A stretch of 64,000 bases of DNA, taken from Selaginella moellendorffii. Lineage: Eukaryota; Plantae; Lycopodiophyta. The stretch lies in the NCBI RefSeq assembly GCF_000143415.4, contig NW_003314428.1, forward strand, positions 1-64,000. The letters are read 5' to 3'. Position numbers and translations under genes: made by a program. The notes beneath the pieces were generated by a model. It was not told the DNA's origin, did not search any database, and saw only the letters and a program-made list of their open reading frames with translations. This document shows positions 26,201-39,600 of this stretch, piece after piece. The first letter of the stretch is position 1. The number at the start of each line of letters is the position of its first letter.

Positions 26201-29200
26201 ATGTTTGGAATATATACAAAGATTTCTCTAAATAGCAAAATACAATACATCTTTATGAATATCTGCTTTTGTCGTTCTGACCTTGTAAGCATTGGTTTGT
26301 AGTCAAGCAAAGCCACAAAGGCTACAACAGGCAGCTTCTATTTAACTACTTATTAGAGCAAGAAAATATCATGCTACAGCTTACAGTTTCTCATTCCCTA
26401 GACATTCCTCAGATGCCATCCAGAGGAGGTTAACACTTTAGAGCCTTACAAGCACCTCATAAATTTCCCTTAAAGAGATGATGTGCAGTTCTATGGTTCT
26501 TTAAGAATACCTGCCAGTTTGCATCTGTCTTGAACATGTCTTCGTTAGGTCCATTGGAGCAAAGGGTAAACATAAATGCAGAGTTTTCATAAATAGCATT
26601 TCCTTCCAAATACAGAAGTGACAGGGATGAATTAGAATAATAGAGGCATGAGAATACATAGGATATCATCTTGTATGAGGTACAATTCACTAGAATACTT
26701 TTATCTTTTTATACTTACAGACGTTTGAAACTTTTACAGAATAGTCTGGATGTGGCCTAAAGAAGAAAGATTGTATGAAGGAAAGTTTGTATGAAATTGT
26801 AAATGTTTATCTTCACTTTCTCGAGCACATCAGGATTTTGCTTTAGGAAACCATCAGCCATCGAGTTGTGACCAGCGTTTATGTACATGTTGAGCATGTC
26901 TATGATTTCAGCGCTTCCAGAGACTCTTCTTTGTCATCCAGCTCATCCATGAGCAACAAAAGAATGCTTGTTTCCTGTGTCTTTCTAGAAGCTCTTCGCT
27001 GGTTGATCAGGTCCTGGATAAGCTTGATGACCTTTCACCTGGCCTGAGAATGGGAAAACATCACAAAACTATGTAAGACAATGCATATGGCTTTTACCTT
27101 CAAGGCTTTGTTGTAGGTAGTGTTGGGGAAGTTGATGGGGAAAGCCTGAATGCCTTGGTTGACAATGTAGTACAAGGAGAAAATCTCATCCACATCGAGA
27201 CTGGAGTCTTTCCTATATAAAATGTAGAGGACAGTTAGATACGTGAACTGTCATATCAGAAAAAACCAGTATCAACGAGAAAATAAGACAGAGAGGAAGT
27301 AAACATCACTTACCCTTCTCATCTCGGTAAGAAGAACAATCTTATGCTCCGTAGGCCACCTTGCAAGGCATGCTGTTGTAGGGGCACATACTGCTTAAGA
27401 GCTTTGGGATTGTTCACAGTGACTCAGTAAGCTTCTGGAGCTTCAAGTGCTCGCTTCAGTTAATCTTGCAAACAGATTTCGTCCAATGAGCACAACAGCG
27501 CTCTTTGGCCATCCTGTCTCAAAGCTGTCTTTGGAGAGCACGAATTTGCATGCCTCTGGTGTGGCAACCAGGACGGTGGGCTGCTAGAACAGAAATGCCT
27601 TGTAAAACCCACTCGATTATACCTGAAACCAAGAAGTGACCCATGAAAGAGTATGGTAACCCAGACTTGAAGGCTCTGAGAAAAGCAGCCATGTTGATAA
27701 AGACGGGCCATCCAAGCGGACCCGGTGGAAGTGGAGGCTGTCCCGGCTTTAGCACCGGCTCATAGTACCACTTGTGTAAAAATCTCGAGAATGTCGGCAA
27801 ACAGTCACTGCCATGTTGCTTTCCAGTGATAGAGGAGGAAGAACCCCATAATGGTACAGCGTTGGCACTCAACTATGGTGTCTGATTAATTGAGCAGCCA
27901 GTCACGTTCATATTAGTGGCTCCAGTGACGATAACTCGAGAGCACCACTGCTGTATTCGCAGTGCACTCCTCGTTGGGAAATTTCAAGCAAATACTGGAT
28001 ATTTTGATCGGCTCCAAAACTGTAAACACAAAATTTCAGGATTGTATCCCCACTGCAAGAATATGGCAACCATAAATTCTCTGCCTTTCATTATTAGAGC
28101 TCAACACTGAATCTCAGTAGTTTCCAATCAAAAGAACCAAAATAAATAAATCCCAGCCTTTCTGCCACTCCTGGGAATAAGAAGGGAGACCTGCAATAGG
28201 AAAACCAGGCTGTAAAACACACAAGCACCTCCAAAAGCTCATTCATTGGAAATAAGAACAACTACTTTTTCTAGAATTCGACATATTCTACTTTACCATA
28301 AATTACCTGGACACAGTGTCATGAGTTTAAGGTTGATTAAACCTGCAATCCTTACTATTATGTGCTGAGATTACTTCATTTTCACATTTTTACATCTTCA
28401 TTTTCCGATCCATCTTTTCTCCTACAGAAACATCAAACATCAGTAAGTGATCCACATCAATGAGAAAGAAAAGTGCCACAAAGATATCAGAGTCAATAAC
28501 AATAAAAAGAATAGTTGTATTGATTGTGAGCCATTAGCTTGAATGCCACAGCAGTTTGTAAAAATAATCACAAGACTGGATGTGTAGTTTACAATGGCAC
28601 AAAAGGGAAGAGACCTCTCTTACCTCACTCATTTGATCGAGAAAAACATGACTTGTCATCTTTCTCTCTGAAACATACACAAAGTGAGCAAATGAAAGGA
28701 GTTGAGAATGTAAAGGCACATATATCTGGTGAGCTTGATGACATAGCAAAAGTGTACATGACAACATCAATCCTAGAGGTCCCACCTCGATCAGGCTGCT
28801 TGCATTATAGAATTGCTGCTGGATCATCGCTGCCATCTTCACTCGGACTGGGACTCAGCTCAAAAGTAACGATGTTTGTCGAAATAAATGCTACTTTCTT
28901 CATGAATGACAAATATCATTGGTGTTATTCAGACTGAGAAGGACCGTCTCCATTATAAAGCCACACTAATAAAAAAGAGCATAAGTGAAAGCAACGGAAA
29001 ACATGAGAGCAATACCAAGAGGAAGCAAGAACGAATGTTGGAGTTCTGTACTTGTGTTTGCAAGTGAATCCAAGCGTTCCCTTGCTGGCCTGGCATACTC
29101 ACAAGAGGAGGACAACAAAAGGCCTCGTCCAGTAGTTTTATCATTGGTGCCGCCAAGGTTTCACTGCCACCAAGGCCAGCAAGCCCAATTTCCGTCCAGC

Positions 29201-30311
29201 TCTCGCCTAAAGAGATTGAAGGATTTTGCAACTTCTACCACATTCTGTTCATCATTTGGTTTTACTGTTACTTTGAAAGATTGAATCAGCAACTCACCAC
29301 AGCTGAGAACAGTTTGAACCAGCTACGTTCTGGCACATAAGAAAATTGGTATGCTATTCAGATGGAATCACGTCAAGGATTGAGCAACTGAAACTAAGCT
29401 TTTCACCAAGGCAAGAACAAATAAAAAATGTAATAAAATTACCAGTCCTTCCCCCTGGGTCAAGCAGATAAATTCTAATTGCTGACCCACTGCATTGGCC
29501 AGTGCCGGGTGCTTCCTGGCCTGAGTGGCATGACACAAGATCAGATCACCCGAAAGAACACAAAACCTGAGGAGTTACCTGCTAATTTCCAGAGCTTTCT
29601 CATGGAACCCAAGGAGAGCCTCTTCCCGCAATAGTCCACTTTCTTTTTTTATTGAAACGACCAAGGAAACAAACAGCCTGTCAAACACACTTGAGGAGAG
29701 TTACTTACCTCCTAAACCTGATCAGCTGCTGATGGTGAACGTATCACCTGGCTCTTTTCAATCTTGGCATATGCAACTTACTGTCCTTGGCAAATAAAAA
29801 GGTTCTGCAGGATGCTCGTCAGTGCTCTGGTATGGAGCGCTGAACTTGTTGACCACATGCAAACCAGCCAGTTCTCGCCTCTCTAGGATGTTCCTTTTGA
29901 CAGAAGAATAGTACGCAATGGCCAGCTCAATCCAGGGCATTGGAATTTGAAGACATCGCAGCCAATTCTTGCATCTACAAGAACAAACAATGGAGGCTGA
30001 AGTGGAATCCAGAAAAGCTTACCTTCCATATACCAACTTATAGCATGGAAGGAGAGTCCCGCAGCCAAGTTGTGACACAGACAGAGAGAGAGAGAGAGAG
30101 ACAGACAGAGCTTGCAGCTCACAATCTGCCCTAAAAATTTGAACGTCATTAAAATCACATTGAAGCGTTGCCACTTGATCTATGCCGTCTATTTGAAGTT
30201 TTTGAATTTGAACCATTAGATTATAAGCATATTCATAAATAATATTCTAAAAATGGAATAAAAGACGCCGGATGCCATATGCCAATAGCACGTTTAAATA
30301 AGGGAGTAAGA
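23300..30311 (-). mobile_element. Helitron H5 (5' end at 30311; 3' boundary uncertain)
   Basis: The minus strand reads TCTTACTCCCTTATTTAAACG followed by the 5' cassette and a CT microsatellite, directly after the CTAG of H6. Cargo and an AT-rich tail follow. Confidence 0.65.
26815..27785 (-). pseudogene. Captured CYP88 (ent-kaurenoic acid oxidase-like) cytochrome P450 fragment
   Basis: Translates WYYEPVLKPGQPPLPPGPLGWPVFINMAAFLRAFKSG, PTVLVATPEACKFVL and FETGWP, with introns and disablements. Confidence 0.8.
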
Positions 30312-33300
30312 CTAGCAAAAGTCCCAGCTACGCTGGGAGCATCGTGTTTATTCTTGATATTTTAGTATTTCAAAAAGTTGAAATCATAATTATAATTTTA
30401 ATATAATCATAATTATAACATACATAGTTAACATAACATAATATAATATTTATATTCAAAATCCCTTCTACAAATATAACATAATAAATAATATAATAAA
30501 TTTAACTTATAACATAATATAACATTTAAAACTCTGAGTGCTGCATGATCTTCTATAAATGGAATTTTTCACTGTGGGATTCCATGGCCAGATAAGTCAA
30601 TTAAAAATTGAGGCTTGGTAACTATTTTTTTATTTGAAATCTCCATATAATTGATCTACAATTTTTCCTCTTAATAAAAAATGTGTTTCTTAAGTACACT
30701 AAAGTATAATGATTTCAAAAATAAAGATTTAAAACTCACTTAAACTATATACATCTTATAAAATTAAAAAAATATAACAATTTTTATGGAATTTTATTTT
30801 TCATCTCTTTAGACTGAAAGTTTTGGAATTTCATGATACTAAGTGATAAAAATTACTTTTATGTGTTATATTTTTTAGAAGAATTTCAAAATTTTACATA
30901 TTTATCTTTGATATTNNNNNNNNNNNNNNNNNNNNNNNNNNNNNNNNNNNNNNNNNNNNNNNNNNNNNNNNNNNNNNNNNNNNNNNNNNNNNNNNNNNNN
31001 NNNNNNNNNNNNNNNATATTTAATATTAGAAGTATTCTACTTTATATCATTAGCATTATTTCTGTATGTGTTTTTTAATAGAGAGAATGCTAAGAGGATT
31101 ATAATTAAAGTTTGAACCTGTATAAAATTAACCATACCATTTGTTAACCATTTGTTAACTTGTATGGTTATGCTAATGTTATGTTAAATATTCTTGAGCA
31201 AGCCTGCCTTAGAGGATACTCATTTTCCACAAGAATTGTATTATATGCTAGATTATGCTATTTCCAGAAATCCTGCCAAGAGAGAAAAAGAAAAATTATC
31301 AAAGAATCTGATAATTGACTAACAAAGAGAAAGGTACTGACTACTTGTAGTGAGTTGTCACAGAAACTTGTGATCTAGCAACCCTAGAATGCATGGTCAA
31401 TAGAGATATCTGAAAAAAACCCTACATGCTAAAATTACTGCTATTGGCAATATATTCAATCACACTCATCCAAGGCACAAATCCCAGCTTTGCTGGGAGT
31501 GTCATGTACATTTTTGTTATTTAGTAATTCTGAAAAGTTCATATTCATCTTTATATTTGAAAAGTTCATACTAATCATAACATACATAACAATTCTAATA
31601 TAAAAACACACATCAGAGATATTTAGCACCTTTAGTGGTTTGGACAAGACTGCCAATTTGGGATATATCATCATTCATCATACAAGTGTAATTAACTTTT
31701 ATAATGTAGTATCAGAAATTAGATGGAGATATAGAAATATAAGTAGCTTTACATATGACAATTCATTTTCTTGACATGACAAGCCAGTTTCCATGTGTTC
31801 TTAACCAAACTCTAGTTAAAAAATCAAATGAGAATATCTATTAGATATCAACTGCTATTGTACAAATTATGTGTAGTACTAAACATCCAAGAGCAGCATT
31901 AACAACACTGATGCTAAGTGGTGGCAGAATTAGGAATGTCATATAACTTTGGTAAATCACCATAAATCATCATGGTAAATCACCATAGGATAAAGGGTGA
32001 AAACCACATATGTTACAATAATTTCTCATACACAGGATAAATGCTAAACTGGTCAACTCATTATATTGAGAACTAACTTTTTATGTGTCATGAATCTATT
32101 ATAGAGAATTAATTATCATTATATAAGATCACAGTTACCATTAATAATATTTTTTGTGATTGAGTTACTCTAGAGTAAATATATATTTACAAACACTTCT
32201 TGATGCATCATAGTTATTTATAGTTAGATACAGAACTTTTAGCTATAAAAATTTCCAAATATATATTTTCTGGGAGTGTCATGTACATTTCTGTTATTTA
32301 GTAATTTCTAAAATTTTATATTCATCTTTATATATAAAATGTTCATATTAATCTTAACATGCATAACAAACTTTTCTGAAACCTTTATCAAAAGGCTAAC
32401 ACTATTAGTCATAGTTTTTAAAAAAATAGTCTACTTTTGTAATAATATGCAAAAAGGAGAAGATTAATGGATGAATCATGAGCTAAAAACCCCACTTTTA
32501 TTAAATAATTAAATTAATAATTAATTAATCATAAATTATATAGTATTTATTAATATATTATCATTCTTGTCTGAAACTATATAATAGTGCAATAATGATT
32601 TGGAAATATTTAATTAATTTAATTATTTTAAATGAAAATATCAAATAATATATTATTATATTCTTTGTTGATAATATTCTACTTAAATATTTTATTTTAA
32701 TATTATAAATATTCTTTTATGAATAAATATACTTTAAATGATTTTATAATTCTTCACTTTACTTTCTTATTAAATTTTCAAGTTTTAATAGAATTGGGCT
32801 TTCAAAGAATTCTTTCTTTATATTTAGTAAATTTTAGTCAAGCTGATATAGAAATATTATATTATCATTTATATTTTGTTACTTTAGTGGTGTTAGTAGT
32901 GTTTCAAATAACATTTTTGGAATTATTTTAAAAAAGCCCAACCGTCTAGGGTCAGAGACAATTATACAATTACATGGTTATTTGATCAAAGAAAAGCTAG
33001 AATGTTTTATATGGAGTTTCTTATATTCCTGTATGATATATAAATAGAAATACTATAATTATAAAATGTTTTTGGTTTTCTTATGTAAAAAAAAAGGGTA
33101 GTTGATGTACCTAGATTATACTTAGATATTTGGGATATTCTACTATCTAATAGTTGTTATTCATTAAGATTAGTCTTTTATTTATAATTTTGAAATGTGT
33201 TTAGAATTTATAGACTTTCCCAAATACATATTGTTTACTCTAGTTTATTCTAACATCTAATAATTGATATACAATAATATTAATCTTGCAAACTAAGTGT

Positions 33301-36300
33301 TTCTCTATGTAACACACTGTTATTTCATGTTATATATCTGTGTTTGCCATAACAGTTTTTAAGTAACACAATTATCACAATGAAGGTTGACACTCATATT
33401 CTTTACTGTTCATATATACTTTTTTGATATTTCATAGGGCTTGATCTTCAGAGATGCCAAGTAGCATTGGATACCATTCCATTGCATGTCCCACAACCAG
33501 AGCAAAATCACCATAAGACAATAACAAGCCTCAGCCTACTTTGGTCATATTATAGCAATAGATCATGGNNNNNNNNNNNNNNNNNNNNNNNNNNNNNNNN
33601 NNNNNNNNNNNNNNNNNNNNNNNNNNNNNNNNNNNNNNNNNNNNNNNNNNNNNNNNNNNNNNNNNNNNNNNNNNNNNNNNNNNNNNNNNNNNNNNNNNNN
33701 NNNNNNNNNNNNNNNNNNNNNNNNNNNNNNNNNNNNNNNNNNNNNNNNNNNNNNNNNNNNNNNNNNNNNNNNNNNNNNNNNNNNNNNNNNNNNNNNNNNN
33801 NNNNNNNNNNNNNNNNNNNNNNNNNNNNNNNNNNNNNNNNNNNNNNNNNNNNNNNNNNNNNNNNNNNNNNNNNNNNNNNNNNNNNNNNNNNNNNNNNNNN
33901 NNNNNNNNNNNNNNNNNNNNNNNNNNNNNNNNNNNNNNNNNNNNNNNNNNNNNNNNNNNNNNNNNNNNNNNNNNNNNNNNNNNNNNNNNNNNNNNNNNNN
34001 NNNNNNNNNNNNNNNNNNNNNNNNNNNNNNNNNNNNNNNNNNNNNNNNNNNNNNNNNNNNNNNNNNNNNNNNNNNNNNNNNNNNNNNNNNNNNNNNNNNN
34101 NNNNNNNNNNNNNNNNNNNNNNNNNNNNNNNNNNNNNNNNNNNNNNNNNNNNNNNNNNNNNNNNNNNNNNNNNNNNNNNNNNNGGAAAGCATGAGAGTGA
34201 GGCACTCACTACTTAGCACGTCGCTTGGATTAGCTCGTTGAGCTGGGTGTGAAGATATTTGGAATTCACCAGTGGACATCTTGAGCAGAGGCTGCCAGAG
34301 CAATTGTAGTCGGGTCTTTGGCAACTGGAGAGCTCAATCAATCTCTTTGGCTGAAGTTACTCTAGATTATTTTTCAGTGGCTCCTCGATATTGATATCGA
34401 TAAGATCGTTTGCTGGAAGGATCTCCTCAAGATCTTTGCGGACCAGTGATCGAACAGAGAGGGGTGCTCGGCTGTGATGTGTTACCACCACCACATTCTG
34501 CATAAACCCTAGCCTTAACCATTCCATCTCGTGGCCACTCTAGTCTCTGGGACAAAGGATCTAGCTCGCGGCCACTCTGGTCTCCAGGACAAAGGATCCA
34601 GCTCCCAATCCGTGGTGGAGTCCATTCCATCCTCTTCTGTGACAACTGCCTAGAGTTAACAACTATTGTATTAAAACCATGCACAACGTGTCTAACAGCC
34701 TCACTCTTGTCGAGACCCATTCTGATGAGTGCATCCAACAGCTAATCTGATCCATTGTGGAGGCAACAGCACAAGGAACTCCCGCTGAATAAAGAGCTGC
34801 CAGCCATTCTCGTGGGCCAGCACTTGCAAAACAAGTTTCATGACAAACTGTAAACCTTGGATAGCTCTGTATATTTCTGATAGCCAATTCATCAATCCAT
34901 ACTCCGCCCAAGCTAGCTGGGAAAACAAAGTTACATTTCACTCTAACCTCTTCAGACTAACCACCCTTTTCAGGTCATGCTTGGAGGTACTACAAACGAT
35001 CAATTGCCACTTCTCCTTATCCAGATCATCTCCAATAATTTTTTCTGCAAAAATGGTGAAAACAAAAAATCGATATAAAAAAGAGACCTTCCTCCAACGA
35101 TGTCCCAGTCTCTGCAGTTCCTGGGACTTTGTCAAGTCGGGAGTGGACTTGTACACGTCCATGGCTGTAACGCTTGAAAGCTGATGCCAGTCGGCACTCA
35201 TGGCAAGATCTAAAACAAAAGGGACCTCAGCAGTAGTGATCTCGTCCAGGAGGGTGCCAAGAGCTGGTCGAGAGTGATCGGCAGCCTGTTGTCGCAGCCT
35301 GGGACTCTTGTGAGCCAGATTGTGCACGATAATTACCAAGTCAAGGCTTTATATGGATCTGCTCTCAACAAACCATTCTTCAGCTGCTCTTCTTCATATG
35401 ATAGGTCCTATATAGAACCAATTGGTAAACCAATCAAAGCAGAGTAAGGAAGAAATTTTTACCTGAAAGTTAACGCCTACTGAATCTATGTATCCTACAC
35501 TGCATGAAACGCTTTCATGACACTTGATGTCTGGAAAAAAAATTGTTGATATCAGTGTTCATGCTATGCCACCACAGTGCATAATATGGAGGTCTTTCCA
35601 GCACCCTGCCATGCCACTTGATTAGTAACATACGTGATTAATTAAAAAAAGTGATTTACCTCCAAACAAGAAGTCGTACCCATTTTTAGTTTCATAGACA
35701 CGCTCTTCGTCACAGAGTTAGTGCTACATAGTATAGTAGCTTGACTTAGACCTTCCACAGAAATATTAAGACTCTTCACACCCTCACTGTCCACAAAACC
35801 TTTTCTACATGAGTTTTCAAGATTGTAGCACACCTGCACATTACCTGACGAGAATGAGCAACAAGACCTTGAGCAGCTCATCGTCTGAGGAACCAGAGGA
35901 GATGACTCAGATGCTGGAGCTGGTTGTCGTTCCAGATTGGTTCTTCACTTCTCTGGAATTTTTTCTGGGCTACGAGAAGAGTGCCTCCATGGTTTATAGT
36001 CAGGTATATTGAGTTGCCTCCCATTAATCGATGAGAAGTTCTACTGCTAACCTCTTCCAGAGTTTTGGTGCGGCTCCTTGAGAATCACTGGAGGATAATA
36101 ACCGGAGGATGCAGCACCGTCTTCTTCTTCTCCTTGCTCTTGGCTGGAGGTGCTAAGAAAAGAAGCATTCATAATTCCAGATTTACCTACCAATCCGTGG
36201 AAGGCAGAGAAAAATATAAATTGAGAAAAACAAAGAGAAAATGCCAATCCGCGAAGAATCGGGCATTGAATTCTGACCTCCAGTGGAAAATATAAGTAGT

Positions 36301-36518
36301 CTGCAAGAACAGAATCCAGGAGAGAGTACATCTGCCCGCTGCCTCTCCCGTCGCTGAATGCATTTTTTTCCAGCCCTAAAAAGCCACATAAAATTTTTCT
36401 CTGATTTGAAACGACATGACCTTCGACAATTAGATCTTGGCCGTTAGATCTCAGCATATGCTGTCGCCAGTATATGCTATTATTATACGGGCTCTTTCGT
36501 TTAAATATATGAGTATGA
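30312..36518 (-). mobile_element. Helitron H6 (both termini visible; spans two gaps)
   Basis: 5' end A|TCATACTCATATATTTAAACG at 36518. 3' end is hairpin TCCCAGC-GTA-GCTGGGA plus CTAG at 30312-30338. The 3' region is homologous to 42000-42781. Confidence 0.75.
34709..34830 (-). pseudogene. Captured HAD-superfamily hydrolase fragment
   Basis: Translates REWLAALYSAGVPCAVASTMD..DALIRMGLDK. Confidence 0.55.
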
Positions 36519-37132
36519 TGATGATAAGGGAGTATGATGATGATGATGATGATGGAGAGCCGTGACTTTTGGGATCATAAAAAATTTCAAATGCCTTTTA
36601 GGGTGGGGCGGAAAGCGATGCACGAGGAGAGAGCGTTGGTAGTGGGAAGGTACTCTCTCTCTCTCTCTGTGTGTGTGTTTGTTTCTCTGTTTGCAAAGGT
36701 TTGAGAGGCTCACGGCTTTCTCTGTGTCGCCATAGTTGTGCTGGATGATCAGCGAGAACAGGCTCGACGCCTTCCAGACTTATGCGGGGAACAAATCCGC
36801 CGGCATCCGCCTGCGCAGGTGCATTCGGTAGATCGACGTGCTCTGCTCGGAAATGCGACGAGGATTGGGAGTGAAAGGCGAAGAGGCTCTGATGGAGCGC
36901 ACGACAGGGACGACGTCTCGGACAACGAGGGGATTCACGTTGTCATCGACGACTAGAATCAAGGTTCTTCACTCTCTTGCTCGTCGCTATTCTTTTTTCA
37001 AGTCTCTCAAGTCCCTGTTTGTTCCAGGTTCTCGAGGCTGGAACCACGACTAGAATCAAGGTTTTTCACTCTCTTGCTCTTCGCTATTCAACCGGAAATA
37101 TGGTTTTGATCATGTTTTGGTGGGATCGTGCA

Positions 37133-38493
37133 GGGACGTACATCTGGAGCAAGGGACGTACATCTGGAGCAAGCCTGTGATGAAAGGAACGCACCCTTCT
37201 CCTCGGGACAGCCACAGCTCCACGGCTGTCGGGTCTAAGCTCTATGTGTTTGGTGGTACCGATGGAACCAGCCCGCTAGACGATCTCTTTGTTTTGGATA
37301 CTGGTAAGCGAGTTCAATCGATTTTTTTTTCTTGTTCTTATCATCCGATGCAGCTACCAACACCTGGGGGAAACCCGACGTTTTTGGTGATGTTCCTGCT
37401 CCAAGAGAAGGACATAGCGCATCTCTCATCGGTGACAACCTGTTCGTGTTTGGGGGATGTGGGAAATCCAGCGATCCCTCAGAGGAGGAGTACTACAACG
37501 ACCTCCATGTTTTGAACACGAGTAATATCCTGTTATCTTTCCTGGTTTTCTTCTAAACTCTTTTTTTTCCTGTAGATACTTTTGTCTGGAAGAAGATTTC
37601 TACCACTGGAGTCTCGCCTATTCCTCGGGATATCCATACCTGCTCTTCCTATAAGAACTGTTGCATTGTCATGGGTGGCGAGAACAGTGGTAATGCCTAT
37701 CTATACGACATTCATATTCTGGACACAGGTACATACATTGTGCTGGTTTTAAACTTGCGAATTCATTTGTGTTTCCAGAAACAATGGCATGGCGGGAGGT
37801 AAAGACGACTGGTGCCAAGCTGATGCCAAGAGCTGGTGAACGCAGAGCAAGGCATATTATTCTTCTATGGGGGATGTAACGAAGAGCTTGAAGCTCTGGA
37901 TGACATGTATTTCCTCGACACAGGTTGGCTTCTTCTTTTATTGACGTTGCTGCTGACAATATGGTTGCCGTTTTTCTGTGAAAAGATGCTGAGGGAGAAA
38001 GATCCATCAGAACCAAAGCTATCCATGCGTAAGGAACTTAAGAGAAGGCGGCAAGAGTATCGTGCCACGCCATTCGTGCTAGACAAGCAACGGGATGCGG
38101 ACAAGAGCTTGGTTTCATCTCACGGAGGTATCTGCAGAAAACCTTGGACCTCTCCAAATTTTCTCTGTCAAACTCATGCTACAGAGTTTCAAGCTCACGT
38201 TCAGCCGCTAGGCGAGAAGATGTTCAAGGCTAGAGTACGCGACGTATTCAACTACGGATACACGCTAGAAGCCTCCATCGATGGGAAGCTCTTCCGTGGG
38301 CTGCTCTTCTCGTACAAGCCTGGCTTTGCTCAGGCAGTGCAATCTTACATCCTCAGTTACTCTCTAATGCCAGGAAGGAAAACATCACAGGAGGAAACCG
38401 CAGGACGTCCAAAAGGCCGTAGTAAAGGCCAACCGAGCAAAGAGGAGTTCAAAGAAACCATGGATATCCATACCTGCTCTTCCTATAATTATT
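37133..38493 (+). pseudogene. Kelch-repeat protein fragment (copy 2)
   Basis: Kelch motifs plus the C-terminal GYTLEASIDGKLFRGLLFSYKP of the plant galactose-oxidase/kelch family. Has an internal deletion and a 20-bp tandem duplication. Confidence 0.88.
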
Positions 38494-38704
38494 AAAGTTT
38501 CACAAAGTCTTTATTACACAGCCTCACCTTTTTTTTGTTCTTCTGGATTATCAGTTGTTTCTTCTTTGTCTACACAATACAAAAGATTGTTTTTTAGTAA
38601 TGTGCTTTTTTTTATTAGTTTACCTTCTTTATAATCTTCTGTGAACACGGACGTGAAAAGGTGATACACTACTAGAATCCTTCCTAATCGACTCTCTTTT
38701 GCAG

Positions 38705-39200
38705 AGTGGGTGCTAATACATGGTCCCTACTTTACACTTCTATAACGCAAAAGCTACAGGCTTGCCACAAAGAGGGGTATAAACTGGTGAAGTGCAATGA
38801 TTTCCCTCCTCGGAAATGGTAGTGTGGTTGCTCTAGGATCTGACTGGCCTGTAAGCCTGTCAAATACTTTTTCTTCGGCGTTACATGAATGGTTTGTCTC
38901 AAGGTGGTAGCAGTGAAGCCACTTGGAGGAATCCGCACAGCCGTGGAGAGAACACTTCAGGCTGGAGTCATCCCGAGGAAAGGATTTCTGCATGGGACGT
39001 AGTGGCAGGGTAAGAGATAACAGATGAGAAACTGAAATGCAGTTTTTTTTTTTGGATTCACAGGTACACATCCTAGGCTGTGTATGCAGCTGCATTGGAG
39101 GATTTGGTTGGGTCGCTGACGCCAGGAAAGTTTGCCAACTTTGTGGTGTTGTCCGAGTCTCCTTTTGGACAGGGCACGGGCATTTTTCCTCCAGTGGTTG
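38705..39200 (+). pseudogene. Captured amidohydrolase (LAF3-like) C-terminal fragment; mirrored at ~18430-18900 on -
   Basis: Translates VVALGSDWP, PLGGIRTAVER, IPEERIS and LVGSLTPGKFANFVVLS. Confidence 0.75.
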
Positions 39201-39329
39201 TGTTCGTTGGTGGAAATTTTGCCTTCCCTTCTTAAGGCGTTATTCCATAATTATTTGGTCTTTTAAATATAGCATATTTGCAAGAAGATTGGTGAGGAGA
39301 AAGCAGCCAGAATCATCAAGCAGCTGGTA

Positions 39330-39600
39330 AAGACCTTCAAAGAGATTTATTTGAGGGGCGTGGTTCACCAGAATCTCAAGCTCGACAACATTCTTTCCAA
39401 GCTAAACATGCATGACAAGTGGTGATCAGCACCTTTAGGAGATATCACAACAGCGAAGTACATGGCAGCTGAGGTGGTGGAGAACAAGGATTGGAGCTCT
39501 ACATGGCAGCCATCAAAATGTGGGGGCTAGGAGCAATTTTATACAAGACGCTGGGAAAGGGAGGATACCAGCCAATGGAAGCATTTGATCTCGTGTGACA
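39330..39600 (+). pseudogene. Captured Ser/Thr protein kinase fragment
   Basis: Translates GVVHQNLKLDNIL, KYMAAEVV and MWGLGAILY (subdomains VIb, VIII, IX). Confidence 0.7.

Noticed and set aside
33467-34324. Long ORFs here and at 8487-8798, 17797-18258, 19172-20012 and 30833-31078
   Set aside because: They run through N gaps.
36440-36510. Apparent small local inversion relative to 21037-21115
   Set aside because: Better explained as the 5' end of a separate same-family element (H6) inserted in the opposite orientation.
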